From Podarcis gaigeae (taxonomy: Eukaryota), in NCBI GenBank assembly GCA_964106915.2, contig OZ066919.1: DNA of 64,000 nt; one strand, written 5' to 3'. Shown in pieces: positions 22,012 through 35,721 of the stretch. The number at the start of each line of letters is the position of its first letter. Within the stretch, counting starts at the first letter, position 1. The notes under the pieces were generated by a model. The model ran no database searches, had not been told where the DNA came from, and saw only the letters and a list, made by a program, of their open reading frames with translations. Position numbers and translations under genes: made by a program.

Positions 22012-24699
22012 GTTAACAAACATTAGGGATAACCATGTTTCTAGTTTTGAAGTGTCAGCATTGTCTCATCTTTTCTATTGGAAAAGGCGGCAGCAGAAAG
22101 ATACTTAAAAATGCAGACTGCCAAACTTAGCTCAGACACTTTTTAAATAACTGGGCAGCCCTGATTCATACATGCAATGCTATTTAGTGGGTTGGATTCA
22201 AATATACTTCCTTACCTCAATAAAATGATTTCATCTGTAGGAAACTCTCCTTGAACATCTGGTTCATGTTGGTAAAGGAGCCAAATGAGGGCAAAGGTTT
22301 CCTTGGAAATAAGTAGCCTCTAGGTTTTCCCCGCTCTAAAAAATAACCCTATACCTACTTTCACCAGTAGGCTGCCAAAATGAACAGCTTATGGAGCAAG
22401 TGCCTGCGGCATCAGGAAGATGTCTTTAGTAGTGTAAGTCTGCTGTTGAGTGAGCACCTGCCTGCAAGTGCAGCCACGCTCAACAGCCTGCTCATTGCAG
22501 AGGTGTGTCTGATGCACACTGTGCAGGGATGACGTTGGAGGTCGAATAGGGTGCAGCTGAATCTGGGCAAGGGGAAATGCTTCTGTTTTTATTCCATGTG
22601 CACATCAGTTGCCTTCTATAAGATCTGAACAATCTTCAATCTACATATCTTAGGAAGGAAAGACAAAATTTACTATGAAGCGAAAAGTTCTCTCCTAGCA
22701 AATCTTAGCATATGGGCTCCAGAGGTACCAGTGGAGGAAGGAACAAAAGAAACCATCTCCCATACAGTACCCACTTCAATGATTATTTCATTCGAAATAA
22801 TGGGGAAATGTCTTACTACAGTGTATTTGGATTTTTTTCTCCATATGCTTATACCTGCCTATGGAACCATTACAGAAGAAGGGCAGTTTTATCAGCTTAG
22901 CTCTCTTTAGGACCATAGAAACCACTATTTATTGATGGCAGCAAGTCTTTTTTTCCTTTTCCCTTTTCTTTACTGGTTTTGAATATTGTGTAAGCGTGCA
23001 GAGAACAGTGGATAGCTCAAGTGGCAACTAATTCTTCTTGTGCAACACATTACCACTGTGGGTATTACCTTATTAGCAGATTTATTTAGTCACACATGAA
23101 CTCTCTGCCACCATCCAGGAAGAGCCAGCACAACAATACAGTCTTGCCCCCCCCCCCAACCAATGAATGATCCAAATAGGTTAAAATTAATCCTCTTTGC
23201 CTTGCATCAAAGAGGAAATGGGTGCTTTAAACATTTAAAATGAATCACAGTCACAAGGTAAGCAAAAGGGGGGGGGAAGGGAGGGGCAATGCTATTAAAC
23301 TGATTCTCTCTACAAGGTGTTGTACACACAGGGAGTGGAGCAGAAATTCTCTTTCACTCCCCTTCTTTGACCTTGTTCTTGCAAGGCAGTTTTCCAGGAC
23401 AAACTGAGAGGCACGTTCAGGGAGGAGTTAAAATATGTGTCATAGGAGTTTGGGAAGGTCCTTTAATCCTTTTATAAAGCAATTGCCAAACTGCTGCTGG
23501 GACAGGAGTTAGCATTCCTGGGCGACAATGTACAGAACTGTAGTATTCCTGAACTTCTTTCATCCTGCCTAAATAAGAATAAAAGTTCTCACATTATAAA
23601 TATGAAAGGAATTGGAAAAGTACTTTCTGCTTTGAAATTTTAGCTTTAGACCACTTGACAATGCTGCATCTGAAACCTTGCCTCCCTCCCCACAAGCTTC
23701 AGGGAGATGTACGGTACTTCTCCTTGTTGTTGTTTGGGCATTGTTTCCCAGACTTGTAATCTGCTGGTATTTGCAAATACTATTAGCATAACTTTCCATT
23801 GATATGCTCATTTTTAAATGTTCTATTCATTTTTTTAGTGCTCTCTGGAGGTGAGGTAGTGACAGTGCTCAATAGCTTGCATAGGATGTCTAGTTCCCCA
23901 TGCATTTATTCATTACCAAGGAAGGAGTTTATCTCATGCTGTTGCCTATTTTCAGAGTTCTCAGTCACCAAGATGAATTATCACTAAATATGCTGTGTTT
24001 CTTTGCCTCTCCAGCTTTACTGTCATTTCAGTTCAGTGATTTGTTTGTTTTTGAATTTATTTATGTTGTAGTTCGGGGGGGATAGGGGCTTCTTCACTAC
24101 TCTCAGCACTCTTAACAAACTACAGTTCACAGGATTCTTTGGGGAAAGCCATAACAGTGCCCCAACTTATAGGCATGTGAAGACTTTATTAGAGCTAATG
24201 GGGAAATAGTTGACACTTAACAGCACTTCCTGTAGGATGGCACGCTTAAGTACCAATGTACATTTGGAGGGAGAAGTCTACCAGTGGGATGGCACAGCAC
24301 TGTCAGAGGCCTCTCAGTAGTTCCATAGAAAGAGTTCAGAGATGTGCATGTCCTGCTGGCTGTGTTATTGCAATGACACCAAAATTGTAGTCAGTGGGAG
24401 GAAAACAAGAAGTAAAAAGGGGAGAAATAAGAAAATACCCCTTCCTGTCCTATAGAGAAGACTGTGCTGAAGCTGCTGGAATCAGCTTTGGTTTTGTTAT
24501 GCCAACTAAGATTAGCAGTTAGGTTTATGGCCTTTTTGGCTTGTCTGTGCATGGCTGTGTAATAAGGAGACACACAAGTTGTCCCAACAGCTTCATGCAG
24601 CTTCATGTAGTTGCTGTAAATTCTTCAGTTTAGCACAGCAAAAGATCATACAAATCCATGCAGGTTAAACACATTTTGAAAAGTAGGAGCTTGTGTAGG

Positions 24700-24702
<3 letters not shown>

Positions 24703-24738
<36 letters not shown>
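24703..24738 (+). repeat. (AC)18 microsatellite
   Basis: Direct reading. Confidence 0.95.
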
Positions 24739-24741
<3 letters not shown>

Positions 24742-27039
24742 GTGTATTTATGTAAACATAAGGCAGACATTTCCCTGCTGAACTCCCAGTTTGTCTTAGT
24801 GTTTGCCATATATAAATCATAATTTAGTTTATATGTGGGAGAAGCAGAAAATCTGGCAGTGTTGCCCTGCCCACACAACAGTAGACAAGCATAAGTCTAC
24901 AAGACTATACAGGTTTGCACAGGATATCTTTGGCAGTGCTGAAACTGTTCTTTTCACTGTGGTGCTCTCCATCAGGTGGATGGCTATAAGTGAAAGGGAA
25001 AAGTGCTTAATATTAAGGTCAGCATCACAGAAATGACATAAAATGAGTGCCTTTTTGAGAACAGGTGACCCATCAAATCCTTAGAAAGTGTTGAATGGAG
25101 TATTACAACTGAGAATACGCATGAGTTCATTTGTGCAGCCTACAAATACAAAACCCATTGGGAGCTCTTGAAGTTAGAAGGCATTGTGGATGGTTATGAA
25201 AATCATGTACTTGAAGTATGTGCTATACACAAAGGTATTTGACATTTCTTCCTCTTTCTTCTTAATGTTTGCGTTTCCTCTGATAGCCAAATATCTAAGT
25301 ATTTACTTACGCCAGTTACCCACTTGTAAACACTGTGGGGAAAAGAATCTATGCACTGAAGGTTTCAAATAGAATATTTGTGTACCCTGAGCATGGTGAT
25401 CTGAGTATTTGTGATTCAGTTTCTTTAAAAATGTGTGTTTTTGAGTGCTCAGAACTACATTCTACAGTAAAGTCTTCAGACCTTACTTCAGACTTTTGAT
25501 TTGCTTGGAGGGCTTCTGCTTAGGTAAAGGCAAACATTTAGCATCTAACTTGCAGCCCGGAACAAGAAATATTTTAGAGCACTATATTCAAAACCATCTG
25601 CAAGAACCATGCAAGCTTACCAGCTACTGACTAAAACACCCTGTTTAGTTAGATGCCTTTATTATTTATCACATCAGAATTCTTCTTCCTTTTCTTCTGT
25701 TTGTGATTCTCATGAACAAATGTAAGCAGATGAGTCTTGAGTTGCTAATTGAGAGTGCCTACTTTGGGGCCTAACCAAAGTTATATGTGGGCAGAAACAC
25801 TTCCCATTTGTCAGTCTGGTAAACCTACCTTTCACTTGTGCAATGGAGTCAGGGGTTGTATAACTACATTCCTGGTTGGGTGGGGCACACAAAGAGGCAC
25901 ATGGTGAATTGGAGCATTGTTTGGTCTACATCTGCCCTTTTCCGTTTCCTCTCTCAATTGTTGCCAATTGTACCAAAGGCCAACTGCATTCACCTAGATA
26001 CTTTGAGGCAAGCCTCCATTCTCATTCATTGTTCTGTGTAATTTTCACAAACTTGTTCCTGAAGTATAAAGCACAAAAATATCCCCTTACAGAAGCCCTT
26101 ATTTCCAAATGATTTGTCTTTCCTGCTGATCTACCAGCCATTCTCATACAACTGATGTGCAACTAATTAGGGATCAATGAGCAGTTTTACAGGACTAAAG
26201 TTTTGTTTGCAGGACGTGGAGTACTATATTGTGATGTAACCTGCAGAATCTGTGAGATGCACAGCTATGAATCAACACACCTCCTGAGTTACGGCTCTTT
26301 AAACAAAACTGGGTTGAAGAAACGTCATTTCTTTGCTGCCCTAGGGGCATCATGCATCAACAGGCTAACTGAGTCCTGGTATCATTCATTTCAGGGACAA
26401 ATTTGGAGTGGAGAAGTAGCAAGAGTACTTAACACTTTCCCCACCTACCACTTCTCTGCTGCATATCACCCCCACCTGCAGCGTTCCAAATTCATGTTTG
26501 TCCTTGCAATGACTAGGAGATGCATGGGAAGTAATTTTGACCACAGAAATAATTACCTGGGGAAGGGTAATGCATCCACCTTTCAGTTCTTTATATGAAA
26601 TTGAGGCAGCATAGTGACTATAGACTCAACTACAGAGGAACAAAATGTGCACAAATAACTCATCTTTGCACTATTTCTTCTATTTTTTGCCTGTCTCTGA
26701 TCCCTCACCCCACCCATTTTTTGGTTAATTGGTCAGTTACATTATATTTTTGCACATTTTTCAGCAGTACAACTGAAAGTTCAACCAGGGCATGAGGAAC
26801 CTTTACTAGGAAGGTAGCTAATAACCCAATCGTATCCATGCAACTTAAATGATAGCTCATTTATCCCTTGGGCAGATGCAAGGAAAAAGAAATGCAATTC
26901 AAATAAAAAGTGTGAGAAGGAATGTATGACACCAGACTGTTGCACTGTGAGCAACATGAACACAAAATATATCTAGGAGATCTACCACCACCCCTACCCC
27001 ATGAGCACACCTTTATGTGAGCTCTCTTTGGACCTTTTT

Positions 27040-27340
27040 CTTTGCCCCTTTGTGTGAGAAACTGGGAAAAGTAGAGTTGTCATACGTTCAGAATTTCCCA
27101 GACATAAACAGAATACTGCAGTTGGAATCAGGGTCTGGGCAGAAATCGGCAAAATGTCCAGGAAAATTTGGATGTATGGCAACCCATGTTGGCAGTGTAG
27201 TTTTTGCCGATTTTCCTTTAAAAATAGCTCAGAACCATTTTTGGTGTTTTGGGTTTTTTTGCAATTTTGCAAAAAATAAAATAAAAAGCTCAACAACCTT
27301 TGTGTCTGGGTTTTCACTTTTTGAAATATGGCAGCCCTAG
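27040..27340. mobile_element. DNA transposon end fragments (tatggcaaccct-type TIR, two nested ends)
   Basis: gtatggcaaccc at about 27175 and atatggcagcccta at about 27327. Confidence 0.4.
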
Positions 27341-29155
27341 GAAAAGGCAGGTACTATATGTCCAGTGGAGATGTGTGAAGTCCACTCTGCTAAATCCGCA
27401 GGCTGAACTAATCCTGCAGCTATCCCAGTCTAATTGTTGGTGGCTGAACAAAGAGACAGAGGAGCTGTTAGGTCTTCAGGGTCACTGGTGGCTTGGAGAT
27501 TTGCTGGAGAATCATACTTTCCTTTCTCTGTGGAGATGCTGGGTTCAAGGTCTGGGCTGGACTGAATCCTGGCACTTGGATACATTTAAGGACATTAAAA
27601 ATACAGCCCGTTAACTGGTTTTAGTCCTTTGCACAACATGCAACATTTATTACATGCCTCCAGCTTGGAAGCTTTTCAGAATGCATTCTTCATTAGTGTC
27701 TTTGCACTCCACTAAAATATGATGGCTAGAAAAGTGCCATACTTCAAGAAAGAGCTTGAATACAAGCTATATTCTAGGTGGACCTATCAGGGGTTGGCTG
27801 TTCCTTCATGGCTTGTGGATGTCAGGCATTTTGAGCCAGTGTGTTTAATGCTTTTTTTAAAAGTCAAATAACCTTTTAATGATGGTATATAATAAAGCCC
27901 ATTTGAAAACATATCTGAGGTTCGTAGTTGGGTGAGAAGAGTGGTGATTATGTCGGGAAGAGCAGGCGCAAACCAAACTAGACTTCACCAACTGCCCACA
28001 AATCAGAGATTCCTGGTGGCCGTGACCAAGCTACAGAGCAACAGAGCAAACTCTGTATTTTAAGGGCTGTTGCTTCAATGAGAGCAGGGGTGTCCAGGGA
28101 ATTTCCATTGGGTTTGCTTTGCCCAGTTTCTGCTTTCATAATACAACACTCCTTATTTGATGACAAATGCACTTCATTGTGAGACTTTATTGCTTGCTGA
28201 AGGAAATAATTACTTCCTGCAACTAATTATATAAAAATGAAGTCACAAGAACAGGCCAATTGCCTGGGAAGTGACTCAGTGCAATGATTGTAAGAAAAGC
28301 ACTGGAAAAGATCTCAGTAGCAGTACTTCACTAGACCTCCGCTTTGGTGTTCCATAATGAAGAATAGATAAGCATCTTTTTTTCTGAGCCTACCCAACAC
28401 ATGACTGCAAAGGAGTGGAGAAATTGGCAGTGTTGATACCATCCTCCACACATTCTTGAGATAGCTTGGTGTTTTTAACACCCTCTCTGGTGTCATTACT
28501 CGGTTCAAGCATTCAGATAACAGAAGGCCAAGGATACCCTGACATCCCCCAAGTTGCTCTCCTCGGTTCAACCAGTATTGGCAAATGTAAGTAATGACAG
28601 GCACCGGAAAACTCGCAGCTCTTCAGGATGCAAACTCCCACTTTGATGGTGGAAACAACCTCAGTGCCTTGCAAAGAGGGGGGATGGATATCGTTTGACT
28701 GAGAAAGAAGAATGAATTTAGTCACAAATCTCAAGAAGGAATGTAATGTAACAGCAAAATCCTCTACATGCCTTCTCAGAAATAAGCCCCATTGAGTTCA
28801 ATGCGTTCACTTGTGCAATTGAATATCTGCCACTCCCCCTGTTATTCAGGTGGAGACAATAATAGATTCTGGAAGAAGTAAAGGCAAACTCAGCTCATAT
28901 GTGCCCTGCTTTCACCTGTGCTCTCATAGATGAAACAATTATATCCTCCCAAATCTACCTTACAAACCACATTCCATATATAGAATTTCCTTAGCTGTGC
29001 TCTTCCTGTTCGCTGAGCATTTCATGTGACATCCCACATGATGTGGATTCAATTGATTCAAGTGTAAAGTTAAAGAAATTGGAAGGAGGGTGTAATTTAG
29101 CCCTCCACTCAAGAAGAACAAAATAGGAGCCCTCCCTAATTACTGATCACTGGAG

Positions 29156-29665
29156 TAAAGGCAAGTAAGAAGTGATATGATATATATAAAATTATGCATG
29201 GCATGAAGAAATTGGAGATAAAAAAGTTTTTATTCATTTCTCATAACAATAGAGCTCATGGACTCCAGTGAAGCTGAATGTTGGAAGATTCAGGACAGAT
29301 GAAAGGAAATACTTCTTCACACAGTGCATAGTTAAACTTTGGAATTTGTTCCACAAGAGACAGTGATGGCCACTAACTTGGGTGGCTTGAACAGAGGTGG
29401 CTTCAAGGAAGATAAGGTTATCTGTAGCTACTAGCTACAATAACTGGCAGAAGTTTATTCCAGATGCTTCTAGAAGTGAAGCCCTTGATGGTGCCGAAGC
29501 AGTGTCATGCTTCTCAATACCAGTTTCTGGCAACCATAGGAAGGGAGAGGGCTGTTGCATTCAGATCTCGCTTGTGGGCTTCCCATGGGCGTGTGGCTGG
29601 CCATTGTAAAAGCAGAAAGCTAGTTGGACCACTGTCCTGATCCAGCAGGGCTATTCCTATGTTAC
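29156..29665 (+). mobile_element. Old CR1 LINE 3' end (ORF2 tail plus 3' UTR)
   Basis: Decayed KL..GRFRTD.RKYFFTQ.IVKLWN coding remnant and tgatccagcagggctattcctatgtt terminus. Confidence 0.8.
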
Positions 29666-31462
29666 TACTGCTAAGATACTGTAAAATCTGCTGCTTGTCT
29701 GCTTGAATTTCTGCCTCTTGGGCTACAGGGTACTCACTGTATTGAATCACCTCCCATCAACTCATCTCTAGCCCCTATCCTAAAAAAGATTGCTCTTATC
29801 CCAGATCTGAGGAATATACTTTTTGATAAGGTCTATACAAACATTCAGAAAATATCCCTTAGCTCTCTTCCCATGACTGAGCTGAATGAGCTCTAAGAAA
29901 TGTGTGGTTTTAGTAGTGCCTGGCATTTGTTAACTGCCCTGTCTGTCTGCTCCTCTGAGTCTAAAGAAGGGCAGGTATCCCCAATAGGAATTAACAGCTT
30001 TAGACATTTCCCCAAGCATCTGTCTCTAATCAGACTATTAGACATAATAGTGGCTGCCCCAGTAGAACACAGCAGCTGAGAGGATACCTTAATACTAGCT
30101 GCTAAAGCCTACAGGGGTTAGTGGCTATGGAGCCAGCTGCCTGTGGTTTGTATAGTGGTGGATATGAGCTTTATAGCTGAGAAACAAGGAGCTGTAGAAC
30201 AAAACCGCAAAGCCTCTGTTTTGGAACCCAAACACAAGGAACAGGATGCTTTTATTTTGAATGCATTCAGCATGGTAGCACATTTCAGTAATGTTGATAA
30301 TCCTAGAATAATACAAATGAAATAGACCAGAATATCACCAATATCCTGTTACCCAAAGTAGAATATATTTTCAAACTCCAGTGTGCCCAAAATAGGTTGA
30401 AGCAAAGTGTACCATGGTAAAAAGACTGCACAGCTAATACCTCTGCAAGTGAGCCCTGCCGCCCTTAAAGGGAAAGCAATCCAATCCAACAATCTGGTTT
30501 CTCCTCCCCCTAGAAGTCAAGTCCTTGATGGTCTAGAAGCAATAGGTCATATTAATTATAGCATTAAGAAAAAAATTGAAATACATACACACATTTTTGA
30601 TGCATTAAGTTTGCCTGCCCATCGCTAGCTCCTGGAGTTTACACACAGATGTTGCTGGCAACAAGACAAGGTAGTTCATATAAACCTAGAAAATTTCATG
30701 TTTAGAAAACTCCTTGTTACATTTTCTTTGATGCCATCCACAAAATGAAAATATTGCTGACTTTGGGGTTTTGTTTTCATTTGTAGATGTTTCAGGATCA
30801 CAGCATTGGCTTCTGGGCATAAAGACAAGCTATAGGAAGCTTTCCTAGTTGATAATGTTTTGTTGACGATTGTTTAAACCCCAGAGCTTGCATAAAACAC
30901 AGAAATATATTTAATCCAATTTGTAAATACTTTATTTAAACAAGCAGTCCATCTGCTTCAGTTCACAGTTGCATTCAAAGCACTGCCCCACATGTTTCTG
31001 AGTCATGGGCCACCCCTTCTTATTGCATTGTGAAATTGGCCAAGATCCTTCCATTATCCTGGAGTTGCAAACATGGTGCTCATGACTGATTACTTCCACT
31101 GGTACCTTTGAAACTCCCCCCCCCCCCCTCATCATGAGGTATCAAAGATATAGAGCTGAAGAAGAACTTAGAGATACATTCTATTGCACTGCCTCTTTCA
31201 TCTGTATTTACACTTCAAAGCTCAGAGCAGCATCCAAGCTGTCAATCTGAGTTTTACAAAGCACATAATGTTAGAAGAGGAAGGGGGAAGAGTGTTGCTC
31301 CTTTCAGCTTCCTCTTTCAGTTGTATGAGTTTTTCAAGGCTCAGATTGGCAGCCAACATCTTGTCAGAAAGTGAGGTGACCCAAAGGGTAAGAGGAAAAG
31401 CAGGATATAACAAAAGAGGAGTGGTCTTTATATACCCCACTTTCCCTCTTACCCTTTCTCAT

Positions 31463-31855
31463 TGGATTCTGCACCAGTTAAAGTTTCTGAACCATCTTCA
31501 GAAGCAGCTCCATGTGTAAGATGTTGCAGTAATATAATCTAGAGGTTACCAGAACATAGACAACAGAAGTTAGGCGGGCTGTCCCTGTCCAGATGGGGGC
31601 ACAGCTGGGCCATCAGCCAAAGCTGATGGAATGCACTCCGCACACCCAAGGCCAGCTGAGCCTCCAACGATAGCAAAAGATCCAGGAGTACCCTCAAGCT
31701 ACATATCTGCTCCTTCAAAGGAAGTCTAATCCCATCAAGAGCAGGTAATTTCCCAACCATCCGTTCTATGGAACCACCCACTAAAAATGCCTCAGTTTTA
31801 CCTGGATTGAGCATCAGTTTATTGGCTCTTATTCAGTCCATTACTGAGGCAAGGA
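31463..31855 (-). mobile_element. L2 LINE RT fragment
   Basis: ORF 31539-31814 LNPGKTE..SLRVLLD..LSLEAQ..RSAFHQL plus VLVTSRLYYCN..LVQN in a shifted frame: L2 signature with stops and frameshifts. Confidence 0.85.
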
Positions 31856-32360
31856 CTAGAGGGGTTTTATTGGAAATACTGTACACCTCTGCATTTCGCA
31901 CCTTTCTTTCTCTAAACTGCCACTTCAGAGTGTGTTCACACATGAAGCATTTTCTGCATAGATGTCTTAACATGCAGTAAATTGCATTCGTCCCCTACAG
32001 TGGACACACATTTCTGTTCTCCACGCCTATATGTGGTGTGCCACAGTAGTGATTTTATTATAGGAAAACTGGTTTGAATGTTTTGTTACCTCACCACCAC
32101 TTCCAGGTAACTCCAAATAGCTTTACAGAATGTGATGTTGAAATCCATCATGTGAATTACAGCACTGTTTCTTGATACTAAAACTTTTAATTGTTTCTCT
32201 TTGAACATTCCTTTAATTGACACCTTTCTGTCTACCATAACTACTTCCCAGAAACTGTTAGCACTTTTTCTCTCGCTATAAACACTGCCTATCAACTGAT
32301 ACTGTAATATCAGTAGTAACTCATGGCAAGTCTTTTTATTTCACGTATTTCCAGGACTCA

Positions 32361-32525
32361 GGGCAGAGGCTATAGCTCATTGGCAGAGACTGTGCATTGC
32401 ATGCAGAAGGTTCCAGGACCAATTTTTGGTATCCCTGGGTAGGAAGAACTCTAGTCTGAAACCCCCAAGAGCCACATGAGCTAGATTGACCAGTGGTCTG
32501 GTTCAGTATTAGGCAACTTCCTGTA
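32361..32525 (+). mobile_element. Squam2-type tRNA SINE (internally deleted)
   Basis: tatagctcattggcagag...gcatgcagaaggttccagg tRNA head; gagctagattgaccagtggtctggttcagtattaggcaacttcc tail. Confidence 0.7.
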
Positions 32526-32751
32526 CTTATCTGCATCCCACTTGGTAAGGAAGAAGTGATACTTCTGCTACTCCTTATTTTGATGATGACTGTTTTGTCA
32601 GCTTTTGTCTTTGTATAGACTTTTTTACCCTGGGGAGCAGAAATTGCTGCTATTTAAAATTATATGAAAATTGCTTAGTTAGTATAGGAGAAAGCACAAA
32701 CTGTTTAAAGTGGAAACTGGCAGTGTGTAGAAAAGGCTGTGCTCTGCCTTG

Positions 32752-32870
32752 AAGCTGGTGTCCTCCAGATGTTTTGGACTACAGCTGTCTTCAGCTGCAG
32801 CCAACATAGCTTCACTGACTGGGGGTGATGGAAATTGCAGTGAAAAACATATGGAGGGCGCCAGATTCAG
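32752..32870. mobile_element. Short hAT-derived MITE (ctccagatgttttggactac family); another copy at about 33185-33312
   Basis: cctccagatgttttggactacag...gatggaaattgcagtgaaaaacatatggaggg self-complementary layout. Confidence 0.6.
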
Positions 32871-34763
32871 AAGGCTGTTCTATCTACAAGGCTGGGAGCA
32901 AGCAAAAAATAATAATGAAATTTTGGTGGGAAACTCTCTGTTCTTAAGGGTTGAGAACTATGGCAGCAGGTGGGAATCTCAAGGGAGAGAGAAGAAGCAA
33001 AAGCCATGGGAAAACCAGTAGGGAAGGACTGTTGGAGCTGGGGCTGAAATGTGCCCATCCACTAAGCTGCAGGCCATTTTTATGCCCACATTTCCATATA
33101 CCGGTACATCTCATCTGTTTGGGCATTTTGTTAGTTAATTATTAAAGACCAATAGATTTTATAATTGCTTTAAAAAACAACTGGTGACTAACATGTGACC
33201 CTCCTTAATTTATTGGAGTACAGTTGCTCTAATCCCTGGCCATTGGGCATGCTTACTGGTGCTGATGAGTGTTAAGAGTCGAATAACATCTGGAGGAGCA
33301 CAGGTTAGCTGCCAGTATTTTAAAAGCAGATAATTCACAATGAGTGGATTGTGGGAATTCATTAAAAAACATAGTTTTGTGTGTCGGACTGCTGACTAGA
33401 TATCGGCACATCAGGAGCTTCTGGGAACTCTCAAGAGCAAGGTGTGATCTCTGTATCATGTTGAAAATTTAACACATGTTTCTAGTTCCACTGAAGATTG
33501 TGGTTATAGAGTAAGGAGCAATAGTGCCATCTAAGTGGTGCTGTCATGCTCCATACTGCACATTAATCTTCAGAAGGTAGTCTTCTTCAAAAATATTGTG
33601 TTGCATATCCTAATGATTTTCTGCTGTTCATAATAGAAATTGAGCACTTGTGAAAACAATACCCAAAGCATTGGATTAGGTACTGCAGGGAATCAGTGCC
33701 GTTGCAGGCTCTCTGTAATTGGAGCTGCTTGATTTGTCTCCACTAATCTTTCCTCAGCTGTGGATTTTACATCAAATAGCTGGTTTTCTCAGGGGCACAA
33801 TAAGAAGTACAGACCAAACTACAGTAAATAAAGATACCTAATCCATTCTAGACATGAGCCGAGAGCCTAGTTTCCTCATCTGTCAGAGTTCTCCCTTCCT
33901 TCGATTTATGAGGTGTTTCATTCTGCAGACATTCAGCTTTTCCTTTAGCCCATGGGTGCAAAGGGCAGGGAGTATATATGGTTCACTGGGAGAACAAGAG
34001 AAATATATTACCAGTGTTGATGGTCAGTCTAGGGAACAGCCAGACTGAAGCTACTTTCATTTTGTAAATTGAGTTGAGATTGAACTTACTCACAGTTTTG
34101 AGAAAGCAAAAGTCTGGTGGTGGAATTTTAAGTGATTCTGGGCATATTTTTATGAGTTCCCAAATGCACTTCTCACTTATACAGCCCATTTACTTAAGCA
34201 ATTGTGTTTCTGCTTGATATAAGTAGGCCATGACCTATTATTGCTGTCCAGAAAATATTTGAAGTATGGTTGTAATTTGTAGGAAGAATGCAGCAAACCT
34301 CTGGTCTTGGATGCACATAATCTCCAATGTTTCTGCAATGAAAATTGGGACTTCCCATTCCAGAAAGATAAGTTTACTATTTATACCCCACACATCTTAT
34401 TGGGTTGCCCCAGCACTCTGGGCAGCTTCCAACATATATAAAAACATAATAAAGCATTAAACATTAAAAAGCACTTCCCTATACCAACTCTACTTCGGCA
34501 ACAGAGTTGGCGGGGTGGGCAGTGTGGCACTTCCCATTTCATCCCAAGTGGAGAAATGGGACACACTACTCCTGCTCCTGTGCTGTGGATGTAACTGCTA
34601 CTGGTGGTTCTCCCACTTTACGTTGATAGGTGTTTTCTTTCTCTTTTCCTGCCATGTCCACAGCTTTCCAATTATGAAGTATTTCCAAAGAAATCCCCTA
34701 GAAGGTACACAATGGAGAGTGGGTGTTAGGAATGTAAAAAGCAGGAGCTAGGCCTATGTGTAA

Positions 34764-35131
34764 GGGACGCTGATGACGCTGTAGTCTAAAGCACTGAACC
34801 TCTTGGGCTTGCCGATCAGAAGGTCGGCGGTTCGAATCCTCACGACGGGGTGAGCTCCCATTGCTCGGTCCCAGTTCCAGCCAACCTAGCATTTCGAAAG
34901 CACACCCAAAAAAGTGTAAGTGGATAAATAGGTACCACTCCGGTGGGAAGGTAAACGGTGTTTCAGTGTTCCATTGCGCCAGAAGCAGCTTAGTCATGCT
35001 GGCCACATGACCTGGAAAAACTGTCTGTGGACAAACACTGGCTCCCTCAGCCTGTAAAGCGAGATGAGTGCCACAACTACAGAGTCGTTTGCAACTGGAC
35101 TTAACTGTCAGGGGTCCTTTACCTTTACCTT
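34764..35131 (+). mobile_element. Full-length Sauria SINE
   Basis: tRNA head (ggttcgaatcc box B), gtcatgctggccacatgacc body, (ACCTTT)n tail, and 13-bp TSD taggcctatgtgt (34749-61, 35132-44). Confidence 0.92.
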
Positions 35132-35574
35132 TAGGCCTATGTGTGGGCCAATTTAGTAAGTCCCCCCCCCCAAGACTTTGTAATAGTACTAAACCACCAC
35201 CAACACCAAACCCCTTCTATTATGCTCACAATTTGTTGTCGTTGTTACTTCCCCTTTCCTGTATGTGTATGTGACAAGACTTATTTGTCTTGGATTGTAA
35301 ATCAGATGTGACCTAACAAGGATGGCTGAAGTTGGAGTATGGGTGGAATGTATCTTAAAAGCCCAGACAAGAATGGCTGGAATGGACCCATCATTCAGGG
35401 CTTTTTTGTGTAACCTGCCCATACCTTGGCATCATTCCTTGGTAGATCCTAGAATATGTTCCTAGGATATAATTTCTTTCTACAGAGCTGGCAGGTTCAA
35501 AAGAAAAACAGGTTTGTGAGATTATAGCATGTCAGTTATCTAACCATTTGCGATGGGCCTTTGCTTTTCTACAG

Positions 35575-35721
35575 AGTGCCTCTGATGGCTTCTGGAAGTC
35601 TGTGGCAACCCATGTTCCAAGAGAGCCACATGAAATCCGTATCCTGAATCCATATTTCATCCAAGAGGCAGCTTTCAGCTTTATTGGCCTTCCTTTCAAC
35701 AATGGTCTGATGGGCAGAGGG
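35575..35721 (+). CDS. ST3GAL3: ST3GAL3 exon E (147 nt, phase 0-0): SASDGFWKSVATHVPREPHEIRILNPYFIQEAAFSFIGLPFNNGLMGRG
   Basis: ttgcttttctacag acceptor, gtaagt donor; matches ST3GAL3 SASDGFWKSVAT...ILNPYFIQEAAF...GLMGRG. Confidence 0.97.

Noticed and set aside
23268-23287. G-rich tracts as G-quadruplexes (also about 5746, 15982 and 43549)
   Set aside because: Short poly-G/C runs are scattered through the window on both strands with no positional pattern.
26203-26598. 131-aa ORF, and similar 60-130 aa ORFs such as 2500-2880, 9706-9927 and 31184-31519
   Set aside because: No recognisable homology or splice context; many begin at non-ATG codons; expected by chance in 64 kb of intron.
34764-34840. 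tRNA-like sequences (also at 32361, 56141 and 63110-63195)
   Set aside because: These are SINE heads with box A/B, not complete cloverleaf tRNA genes.
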